Assembly (NCBI GenBank): GCA_002633005.1
Contig: NMRA01000514.1
Location: forward strand, 256,008-312,017
DNA from: Phoronis australis
Lineage: Eukaryota; Animalia; Phoronida
Reading direction: 5' to 3'
Length of the DNA: 56,010 nt
Shown in pieces: positions 23,901 to 33,900 of the stretch. How positions within the stretch are numbered: position 1 is the stretch's first letter; each line of letters starts with the position of its first letter. A program made the position numbers and the translations under genes. The notes under the pieces are model-generated. The model searched no databases. It was not told the DNA's origin and worked only from the letters and a program-made list of their open reading frames with translations.

Positions 23901-24357
23901 AGAACATGCTGTGGACGTCAATGCAAGAAATTACTCAGCGCCTCCATAACTTCTCAGCGAAACCTCCATGTTGTGTTCATAAACATCTTTACTGGCTTCT
24001 TTTTAATATAAATTTGTAATGTTGAATGGACAAAATGAATCAAGGTGAAGCTGACAAATACGTTGTCGACGTGATTCAAACGTCACTGTTTCTTAAGACA
24101 CAAGCACTAGGTACAGATTGAGAAATACATGTGGAAATCACGAGCAATAAAATGTGTATTTACACAACATATTTTGTTAAACTTCAGATAGCTTACAACT
24201 TTTGTAGCAAAGATATTTTTGTCTTAATTCCTAAATCTCCCCAAGTAGTTTTTATTACCCAGTCTGGCACGTCCACATGGGCACCACTCTCCAGCAGCAA
24301 CCTCACCACCTCCGTTTTGCCCCGCTCTGCTGCCTCGTGTAGTGCCGTCTGGCGGTA
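11805..24357 (-). CDS. Ankyrin-repeat protein gene built from thirteen 99-bp phase-0 exons, one repeat per exon; two exons have non-canonical splice sites; termini uncertain
   Basis: Exons in transcript order: 24259-24357, 23632-23730, 23212-23310, 19167-19265, 18693-18791, 18224-18322, 17730-17828, 17261-17359, 16773-16871, 16298-16396, 15824-15922, 15392-15490, 11805-11903. Each encodes a 33-aa xGxTPLHxAAxxGHxxxVxxLLxxxAxVDxxD ankyrin unit. Confidence 0.88.
13250..14247 (+). repeat. ~1-kb direct duplication, copy 2
   Basis: Matches 10388-11416, offset ~2.86 kb. Confidence 0.92.
14820..14849 (-). pseudogene. Decayed ankyrin exon start NGNTPLHRA* with dead acceptor
   Basis: Pyrimidine tract tttttgttctcttactgcAT, then aat gga aac acg ccc cta cac agg gca TAA. 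Confidence 0.6.
15392..15490 (-). CDS. Ankyrin exon DGQTPLHRAAEWGHTAVVQCLIQHGANVNVRDK, acceptor mutated (catAT)
   Basis: Frame and donor intact; AG>AT relative to the paralogous exon 23212-23310. Confidence 0.6.
15824..15922 (-). CDS. Ankyrin exon LDRTPLYVAAEGGHTQTVGVLLANKASVDVGDE, donor mutated (GAAAGT)
   Basis: Frame and acceptor intact; GT>GA at the donor position used by sister cassettes. Confidence 0.6.
16298..16396 (-). CDS. Ankyrin exon LDRTPLYVAAEGGHTQTVGALLANEASVDVRDK
   Basis: catag| acceptor, |gtaagt donor, 99 bp. Confidence 0.85.
16773..16871 (-). CDS. Ankyrin exon FGRTPLYVAAERGDTDTVEVLLANKASVDVRDM
   Basis: catag| acceptor, |gtaagt donor, 99 bp. Confidence 0.85.
17261..17359 (-). 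CDS. Ankyrin exon LGQTPLYVAAEGGHTQTVGALLANEASVDVRGE
   Basis: catag| acceptor, |gtaagt donor, 99 bp. Confidence 0.85.
17730..17828 (-). CDS. Ankyrin exon FGQTPLYVAAERGDTDTVEVLLANKASVDIRDK
   Basis: catgtag| acceptor (6-bp insertion relative to sister units), |gtaagt donor. Confidence 0.82.
18224..18322 (-). CDS. Ankyrin exon LGQTPLYVAAEGGHTQTVGALLANEASVDVRGE
   Basis: catag| acceptor, |gtaagt donor; identical to 17261-17359. Confidence 0.85.
18693..18791 (-). CDS. Ankyrin exon WDVTPLQRAAWQGHTKTVEVLLANKASVDVRDR
   Basis: catag| acceptor, |gtaagt donor, 99 bp. Confidence 0.85.
19167..19265 (-). CDS. Ankyrin exon FDKRPLHLAAASGHTQTVEVLLANRTCVDVHGE
   Basis: catag| acceptor, |gtaagt donor, 99 bp. 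Confidence 0.82.
19328..19691. mobile_element. Putative small non-autonomous element with a 10-bp inverted repeat (AGTCCACGGA ... TCCGTGGACT)
   Basis: Starts where cassette homology stops abruptly; no TSD recognised. Confidence 0.35.
19724..22843. mobile_element. Decayed transposon-like insertion splitting the ankyrin array
   Basis: Unrelated to the cassettes; imperfect inverted ends GCTGTACC..CTGCCCCCA / TGGGGGCAG..GGTACAGC; broken Cys/His coding-like remnant near 20380-20470 (LEIYWRRQRH*EHPLH). Confidence 0.4.
23212..23310 (-). CDS. Ankyrin exon DDCTPLHRAAREGHTAVVQCLIQHCANVNVRDE
   Basis: catag| acceptor, |gtaatt donor, 99 bp. Confidence 0.85.
23632..23730 (-). CDS. Ankyrin exon LGKTPLYVAAEGGHTQAVEVLLANEASVDVSDK
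   Basis: catag| acceptor, |gtaagt donor, 99 bp. Confidence 0.85.
24259..24357 (-). CDS. Ankyrin exon YRQTALHEAAERGKTEVVRLLLESGAHVDVPDW
   Basis: ttctttctgcag| acceptor, |gtaata donor, 99 bp. Confidence 0.88.
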
Positions 24358-24448
24358 CTGCAGAAAGAATGAACAAGTTACAACAAGCTTCACAATAATT
24401 AATTTCGCCGTGAATCTTAATTACTCATCACGGAAACGTTGAAATAAC

Positions 24449-24553
24449 ACATTTGCACATGCATTTTCCAAATCTACTCTTTGATTGCCGGGTAATATAT
24501 TATAAATTACCCGGCAATCAAAGAGTAGATTTGGAAAATGCATGTGCAAATGT
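24449..24553. mobile_element. 105-bp perfect fold-back element (48-bp arms, 9-nt loop) with 6-bp TSD AATAAC
   Basis: 24449-24496 is the exact reverse complement of 24506-24553; AATAAC at 24443-24448 and 24554-24559. Confidence 0.9.
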
Positions 24554-25884
24554 AATAACTCTTGGTTGCAATGGATCACCTTTTTATGAAGAAGGTTGCG
24601 TTGCCCTTCTACTTTGTTTGCTAATATCAATAGTGAAACCAGTAATTCTCAGAGCAAATACGTGATATGTTCATTAAAATTATCGACACTTTTATCAAAG
24701 TCCTTTAGATTGGTTGTAGCTAAGATGGGCTATCGCTCTTAGTCAACATGCCCTTTATATTCACAATTAAATATCATACATGTACATGTAGTTAAGAGAC
24801 CAATTTCACGAAAGAAAACAATTCAACTATTTTTTTTCTTTTTAACTAGCTAAATAGGACGAAATTTAACTATCTTGAAACTGATTTTGACACAAAATAT
24901 TATGTAAGAGACAACAACGTTGAAGCCAAGTGTACCAAAGCTGCGATTATAGCTAAAAATTTTGTAGCCATCCGGTTCGTACTCGTTAGCAGATCTATTC
25001 GAAACCAATCCTTGTCATCCTTCTTGTCAAAATTTCTGTACAGAAAAATCAATTAATCATGCAGTTCCAATTTCGACGCAAATCCAATCTCATGTAGGCT
25101 ACCGAAACTTGAAACGACAGTGGTCTGGCCAGGCGAAGCGTTGCGTTTAAAAAGAACTTTGCCGGCCAGCTTTCACGTGTACACGCGATAAATTGATACA
25201 TTCGCCTGTTCTTGAATATATTTAAAGGGACATTTCCTTATCACAAGCCACCAATTAGAAACCATATCTAATCTTAAAAAAGTGGCTGCAATTTGAATTT
25301 GAAGACATCCGTTTGACTCCTTTTACGCGCAGGTGTTTAAAATGGTATGTTTCGACATTGATTCCAAATTTTATTCTGTAACAGAAAGTTAGAGACGATT
25401 TACCTCATTCAACATTTCGTTTTACATGGAGGGTAAAGAGGCCACATTCCCTTTCTACTTAACAGCAAAGTCGTCTTTTTAAAGAACCCGTTTTGTAAGA
25501 ATGTTGAAAAGCAAAATCTCGAATTCGTTTGATGCCACCGAAGGAGTAACACTCGCGACATGCATGATGGGGTCACGTGGCGTTTAGAGGCTAACATATA
25601 CATGTAGATACAAGGCACGTATTCCGTGATAAAGGAACAAAATCAAATCACGCGATAATGGAAACCCACACGGAATGGGTATTACATTGGAGTTTTTATA
25701 TTACAAAAAAACTAATAACTGACAACGTAATCAGCATAAGAAACTCTTCTTTTTTGAAATTTGCACTGAATTTTTTACTGGAGATTCCATCTTAATAAAT
25801 TGAACACAGAGTGATACAATTTCTGCCACCACATCGATAACATTATATGCAGTTAGGTTCAACACGTCATTTGGTTAGGAGAAC

Positions 25885-28800
25885 TTTTCGCGGAACTGTT
25901 TTCCGACAAGACATTTTCAATCGTTCGAGTGGCAAAATATAGAGGAAAAACAGCTGGAGGGTGATTGCACTCATAGTTATCTATGTTTGCTTCTTTAACG
26001 AGGATGATGGCAGTCATATGGCAGGTTATCATCAGAAGAGTCGTGAGTAATTTTGAACGAATATGTTCTTCCATTTGACAATTGTTGCTGGAAAGTACGT
26101 GACGGATAAAGAGCACTGTTCCAGCTTTCACGTCGTGAACTACGCTTGTAACTAATTCGTTGAACTCGTGAAACGGTATGTCATAGAACAGTAGACCTTC
26201 ATGTACAGGTCCATATTTTGTTTTCGTATATTTTTATCTATTTGAAATTATGTCATTTGAATCTCACCGTAAAGGCCTTGGATCAAAATTCAAATCCTTA
26301 TCAAGATACTGCGACTTGTTTCGGGACATTTTAGATATGTCCTATATGGGGAATTTATTCTGAAAAGATTGAGGTCAGCATAAACGTAAACTCTAAAAAC
26401 TTAACACATAGTTTTCAGAAGTTTTCTCGCTTTTGCCTCAATGGATCTGCCTATATCGGTCGAATTGTAATTGTTTCAAACATCACTGGTCGTGTGCGTT
26501 ATTTGTTGTTGCGGACCCTATAGGCTGTCGACGACATGAGGGGCAAAATTAAAAGCATTCCATGGCATATTGACAAAAACAAACTTTTAATGATTGGTTC
26601 CCCTGACTAGGCTAATTGCGACAACATAGGCAATCATTGATTATCTCAACTTATCTTGATACAAATTGTATAATAAATTGTATACGTATTACTCCGTCAT
26701 GATTTCAACATATGTGTGTTTTGTAATGTATTATTGTGGACTACAAACTAGTACTGTATATTCGTAATATATTTATAATTTGCTTAGCCAATGTACACAT
26801 TATCACCGTCTCCATCGTTTCTACGATAATTTCTGTTAACTTGTTGCCCAAAAATAATTTTAATTCGAATTCGGGATTCAAATTTGATCTAACGTACTTG
26901 TCTAAACTCATGGAAAAAATGGTTTAGCATGTTCAATATAGTATTTTCCATGGTGCTTAACAGTCTGGAGGTATGACAAAAATCTTTGGTAGCAAAGGAT
27001 GTCCTATTTAACGGTAGGATCAGTTTTACTACATACAGCATATGTACAACAAAACAAAGCAAAAATAGACATCTTAAACAATAGCCTCAAAACAACACTG
27101 TGTCAGTATTACAATTCAGGGCTAGGCGACTGCTACTTGGACCTGTGGCTAATAAAAATAAAAAATGACACGAGCGACACAAAAATTTCCAGGCGTAAGG
27201 ATTAAACCGTGGCAACCGACATAGGCGTAGGGTCGGGGACAGTCGAGAAAAGAAAGACTGCGAAATACAGATAAAAGGCAAAATTCAAGAGAACATTTAA
27301 CAGCTCTGCATCAGTGTATGGTTTACCTTTTGAGAAAAATGGCCAGGATATTGTCGTTATGCTATCAATCCACTTTTGCAGCACATGTCGTCTAAGCGCA
27401 CTTGAAAGCTTTTACGAATTCAATCATACATATATTTCGAAAAATCGAGAAAACTTGTTAAGCTAAGCTTTTGCGGAGTGTACTAACTTACTGGATTCTT
27501 AAATTCAATCAGTCAATTTTGCGAATGCAAAACTATATTCATCCAGATGTCTCTCTCTGGCAAACCCAAGGGATAACGAAACTATATCTTACTGGAGAAA
27601 AATTGATGAATTGAAAGATAACATCAGTTGCTGCCCACTTCCTGATATTTGAAAATATAGATGTTTTCATATTTAGGGACCCCGCCCATGAAGGAGGCTA
27701 TTGATGACATTCAAGTGGCCACCCTTTTTGTGTTTTTATTGACAAATTCTTAAGGGGCCGCTCATGGAAAGAGGGCCTAATGTTGGAATCGATTTTTAGG
27801 TTTTTAATAAAGTCATGCAACCGGCTTTCATGTTGAAGGAGGTCACTCCCTGCATCATTTTGGGACCACACGACAGGGGAATGCACTGTCACTCTTTTTC
27901 CTAAGCTTACTGATGTTTAGCCTTTCATGTTTTAAGAGGTGTCAAATTTCAGACAGTACCCTCTCTCGGTGGAGCAGTCCGGGGGGAATGTCTCTATTTC
28001 TCTCTATACATGTAAATCTGACATTGCCATGTATGTGCGATAGAATTCGAGATTTCAAATTCACCAAAAAACACAAACAATTGGGCACACCACAGCCATT
28101 CGACCCAAACAACCAAAAATGTGAAAAATAAAGTAGGATTGCCACAATCGAAAGGGTGTAATTTTGAGGAACGTGAAGACCACTATTTTTGAATTACACA
28201 AAAGGACATTTTCCGATGGTTAGTTAAAAATGATATTACTGTTTAACGTAGAATTACAAGAATAGTACCTCTTTTGAAGATGGTTACTATGAGTTCCTTG
28301 TAAGGAATTCCAACATGTGGAAAACACCGCTGTCGAAGCTGCTAGTTCTGATGACCGTGTACATGTCAAAAGGTGTACTCAAACAACTCTCTCAATCATA
28401 AACAAAGATTTCAGGTTTTCCTTTTTGTCAATTGAGATCGAGGTTACCTCGTGGACAGTTGTAGGTACCTCAGAAATGAAGCAATTATACACCTTAANAT
28501 GGCTGATTTGAAACTTCGGCAGGAAATAACGCGAGAATGTTCTCTTTTTGGACCACATTACATCCTAATTTGCGACCCGTTCTTTGCGAGCAATCGTCAC
28601 AGCATCCTCGTATCTGGTATTACAAATTCCGTCTCAGTCATGAACATAAGTCGTCGTCATGTATACAGATTTCCCTTCCCCCTGATTAAGGTGCATCAAA
28701 GGCATCACCGAAAGCTCTACAGTGTCGACGTTTACAAAATACCAAGATCCACCGTTCTTGAAATTTGAACCACCATGCTGGCTACGTGCCTACATAGGAT

Positions 28801-30950
28801 ATATGCATTTGAGGAGAGATAGGGGCGTCTAAAAAAGTCGCCTCTACATCGATCAAACCTCTGCACGCAACTGCCCCACCGCTAAAAATGTCTGTAAAGT
28901 ATCTTTTATTGCATGCAGAATGTTGCTCAACATTACGCAAATGGTTTCAAGCGGTTACCTGGCGGGTTGATCTAGCTCAACTCTGGTACTTGGGCTTGTC
29001 TGGCGGGGATAATCCACCACTAAATTTGTCTGGCAGTGTTTATTCTTAATAGCTGGGCTTACGTCAAATATTTTGCAACTGGTTTTATGTGGTTACCTAT
29101 TGGGTTGATCTAGCTCAATTCATATATTTGGGTGTGTCTGGCGGGGCTAACCCACCACTAGATTTGTCTGGCAGTGTTCATTCGTGATACCTGGGCTTAC
29201 GGTGAATGTTTTGGAACTGGTTTTAGGCGGTTACCTCTTGGGTTGATCTAGCTCAATTTTTAACCCTTTTTGATAATCGTCTGGCAAGTGCACCCCACCA
29301 CTGAAACTGTCTCGCATCTAACTGTTGTGCCATGTTCAGTGATGCTGAACATCGTGCAATTGGTTTCAAACGGTTACCTGATGGGTTGATCAAGCTCAAT
29401 TCAGGTATTTGGGCGTGTCTGGCGGGGGTAACCCACCACTAGATTTGTCTGGCAGTGTTTATTCGTGATACCTGGGCTTACGGTGAATATTTTGCGACTG
29501 GTTTCAAGCGGTTACCTCTTGGATTGATCTAGCTCAATTTTTGTACCCTGTATATGTTCGTCTGGCGGGTACTCCCCACCACTGAAATTGTCTTGCAGTG
29601 ACCAATTTTGATACAATGGATGACGTAGCAGGTATCGACGGCAGTTTTAAGTGGTTACCAGAAAAGTTGATNATTGAGCAATGAATTTCTGTTCAAAACT
29701 GAAATGATTGCTTGTCCTGATTCGCGTGCACGTCACGTCTGGCGTAACCACGTTAAAAATAAGATGTAAACCTGCAGTAGACCAGCGCAGAGTCTCAATG
29801 ATCCAAGAGAACTGAATTTGAACTCCAGGCGTTCAGGAAGTGTGTCCATTTTTGAAACTAACTATCATTTTCCTCTCACCAGAAAATAGACAACCGGTCG
29901 TGTTTCAACAATAGATTTTGAAACAGCCCCAAGGAGGCCACTTTACCAAGTACTTCGGGGCCTCACCTTTTCAAAAAACTCCTGGAAGAATGACCATAAG
30001 GAAAAAGGTTTTCCTGCAATTGGATCACAATAAAACGAATCTTTAGCGAGTGCAAACGGCCGGTACGAGCTGCTTGTCTCGATTGAATCACAGCTGAGCT
30101 GACCAGCAACTAGCTTTAGTTCATCGGGAATTTCGTATTTTCACATTGTTAGTTATCAGCTATAGCTACTTGAGGCAGCTAATTGCTACCGGTCAGTGTA
30201 CTGGCCATCGGCCTCATCTTACTCTCTCCGTTGCTTCACGGCTACTCAATTCTCGATGGCTTCATCAGCGGGGCTGTTCCAGAAGCGGATTCAGGATTTT
30301 GTGTTGGGAGAGAGGGGTATTTGCCAGAGTTTTACCCGTCAGAAATTCGCATCCCAAAACTGCCAACTGGAATCTGGGAGAATTTTAGGGGACCCATACT
30401 GGAATCTGGAAGAAGTTTAGGAGGACAATAGCCCCTTGGCCACCAATAAATAAGCGCCTGTGCCTCCCACCTAGGGCGGACGTGCTTGAATCGGTAAAAT
30501 ATGGTGGTATTGTGAGCATGGTTGCGATGGGGGCGGGGTCGTTTGACAAAGTCGAAAGTGTTTGCGCCCCCCCCCCCTNCCCCTCAATAAATTTTTACCT
30601 TCCTAAGGGCCTATATTCTGATTATATTTAATATTTTGGACTGAGGTACCGAAGGTAGCGTCGTTGCTGAAGTTTGCAAACTTGGGAACAAAATAAAGTG
30701 ACTAAGAGTTCAAAAATAATATTTCGAAGTAAATTCATCACCTGGAAAAATAATTTGTTACTTGTTGTAACATAATTCACAGTACCAAACCACCGTTTCC
30801 GAGACCGCTGTTGCAGTCATTGTGATCGTCAATTTTCATCTCAAATAATTCGAACATGTGACTTTCATATTAATAATTCGTACGCCCGATTTTGTCTGTA
30901 TTAATTAGGACGCTAAGCTCTCAAGGGAAAATAGTTCCCACACTAGTGTA
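25885..30950 (+). repeat. ~5.07-kb head-to-tail segmental duplication, copy 1
   Basis: Colinear with ~30955-36010 (very roughly 90% identity by eye), apart from copy-specific blocks. Confidence 0.92.
28942..29660. repeat. Minisatellite, five units of 138/138/143/138/143 bp (TGGTTTCAAGCGGTTACCT..GGGTTGATCTAGCTCAA..)
   Basis: Unit starts at ~28942, 29080, 29218, 29361, 29499 and a partial unit at ~29642. Confidence 0.88.
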
Positions 30951-30954
30951 CGAT

Positions 30955-33900
30955 TTTTTCGCGGAATTGTTTTCCGACAAGATATTTTCAATTGTTCGAG
31001 TGGCAAAATTTAGAGAAAAAACAGCAGGAGGGTGTTTGCACTCATAGTTATTCTTTAACGAGGATGGTGACAGTCATATGGCAGGTTATCATTAGAAGAG
31101 TCGTGTGTATTTTTTAACAATATATTCATCTATTTGACAATAGTTAGTGGAAAGTACGTGGCGGATAAAGAGCATTGTTCCAGCTTTCCCGTCGTGAACT
31201 ACGCTTGTAACTAATTCGTTGAACTCGTGAAAGGGTATGTCATAGAACAGTACACCTTCATGTACAGGTACATACTTTGTTTTCTTATATTTTTATCTAT
31301 TTGAAAATATGTCATTTGAACCTCACCGTTAAGTCCGTGGATCAAAATTCAAATCCTTATCAACCTATTGCGACTTGTTTCGGGACATTTAAGGTATGTC
31401 CTATAAGGTGAATTTATTCTGAAAAGATTGAGGTCAGCATAAAATGATGTAAACTCTGAAAAGTTAACACACAGTTTTCAGAATTTTTCTCGCTTTTGCC
31501 GCAATGGAACTGCCTACATCGGGGACGAATTGAACTTGTTTTAAACATCACTGGTCGTGTTCGTTATTTGTTGTTGCGGACCCTAGAAACTGTCGTCGAC
31601 ATGAAGGGCAAAATCAAAAGCATTCCATACCATATTGATAAAAACAAACTTTTAATGATTGGTTCTCCTGACTAGGCGTCTGGCGACAACATTGGCAATC
31701 ATTGATTTTCTTAACTTGTATTTACACAAATTGTATAATGAATTGTATACGTATCACTCCGTCATGATTTTAACATATGTGTGTTTTGTAATGTATTAAT
31801 GTGGACTACAAACTAGTAGATTCGTATTATATTTGTTATTTGCTTATCTAATGTACACAATATCACCGTCTCCATCGTTTCTACGATAATTTCTGTTAAC
31901 TTGTTGCTCAAAAATATTTTAATTCGAATTAGGGATTCTAATTTGATCTAATGTATTTGTCTAAACCCATGGAAAAAATGGTTTACCATGTTCAATGTAA
32001 TATTTTTGATGATGCTTAATAGTCTGGAGGTATGACAAAAATCTTTGGATGCAAAGGATGCCCTATTTAACGGTAGGATCAGTTTTACTACATACAACAT
32101 TATGTACAACCAAACAAAGCAAAAATAAACATCTTAAACAGTAGCCTCTCAAAAAACTGTGTCAGTATTACAATTCAGGGCTAGGCGACTGCTACTTGGA
32201 CCCATCGCTAATAAAAATAAAAAATGACTTATTTAATGACAAAACACCGCGACAAAATAATCAATAATAGCATCGATCAATAAAACGATCACAAAATACT
32301 GTAATGTAAAGCATTTGTTTGAATGAAAACCATCCTTATGTTAGTGCCACCTCACCTCAAGATACAGGTGTGAAGACTATTGCATGCACGTGGAAGCCAA
32401 CAACAAACAACTGTTGGAATCTGAAACTTTGACTGCAGCCAATGGACCACGAAATGATGTAATCGACTTATCTTCTTACATGCATAAATGTTTAACATGT
32501 TAGATTGATGGCATATATAACAAATACAATATTAAACAAAGATAGTGGCTTTCAACCTTTAACGCAACAACTGTATAAAAACGATGTTTTCAAGGTTACA
32601 TTGTAGGTTGAAATCAGCAGATTGGTCATGTACTTACGAACTCGTCCAGTGGCTGGTCGACGTCCCATCTACGTTGTATAAATTGCCGTACAGTAGTCTG
32701 AGGACAGTCGTCATTTTTGATGGCTTTAAAAATCTGAAAAGAATGTCAATTAAGTATGGATTGCACATCACACAGTGTATATGTAATGTAATTATGTAGT
32801 CCTAGCAGTTTCAGATTTGCCAGTAACTCGCAAACTATTTGAACTTCCCTGCATTCGTGTTAATAGCTCATGCAGCTGGTACATGTATATGGATTGTTCC
32901 TTAACAGTGAAAAACGTAGACATAATTTTAGGGACATTAAGCCATTTTGCCGGTGTAGAAACTTCCATTCATTTTCCCCAAACCTTATTTGACTGCACAG
33001 GAAGCGAAGAGTACTGGGATTTTCCAGACGCTCGAACTATACAGCGATATTCACCACGCCAGATACATGTACATCCGAATTTCCTGAAATGTTTGATATT
33101 CTCAAATTTTTGCGTAACAGGTACAGTCGAGAAAAGAAAGACTGCGAAATACGGATAACAGACAAAATTCAAGAGAACATTTAACAACTCTGCAGCACTG
33201 CATGGTATACCTTTTGAGAAAATAGCCAATACATTGTCGTTAGGGTTTCCACATTTGCATCACAGGTAATCTAAACGCACTTGAAAACGTTTACGAAATC
33301 AATCATACATATATTTCGAAAAATGGAGAAAGATTATTAACCTAAGCTTTTGCGGAGTGTAATAACTTACTGGATTCTTAAATTCAATCATTCAATTTTG
33401 CGAATCCAAAACTATATTTTTCCAGATGCCACTCTCTGGCAAACCTGGGGGATAACAGAGACCACTTTCTCGAAACTATATATTACTTGAGAAAAATTGA
33501 TGACTTCAGAGATAACATCATTGCTGCCCATTTCCCAATATTTGAAAATATAGATGTTTTTATATTTAGGGACCCCGCCCTTTAAGGAGGTTATTGATGA
33601 CATTCAAGTGGCCACCCTTTTTGTGTTTTTATTGACAAATTCTTAAGGGGCCGCTCATGGAAAAAGGGACCAATGTTGGAATCGATTTTTCTGTTTATTG
33701 TGAAATCATGCAACCGGCTTTCATGTTGAAGGAGGTCACTCCCTGCATCGTTTTGGGACCACACGACAGGGGAATGCACTGTCACTCTTTTTCTGATGTT
33801 TAGCCTTTCATCTTTTAAGAGGTGTCAAATTTCAGACAGTACCCTCTTTCGGTGGAGCAGTCTGGGGGAATGTCTATGTCTCTCTATACATGTTAAATCC

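Noticed and set aside
15225-24357. Diversity-generating retroelement or RAG-type rearrangement as the source of cassette variation
   Set aside because: No reverse transcriptase, no adenine-specific template/variable pair and no recombination signal sequences seen
27698-33785. Near-identical 64-aa ORFs MTVHSPVVWSQ... in two places
   Set aside because: Explained by the segmental duplication; no splice or domain support
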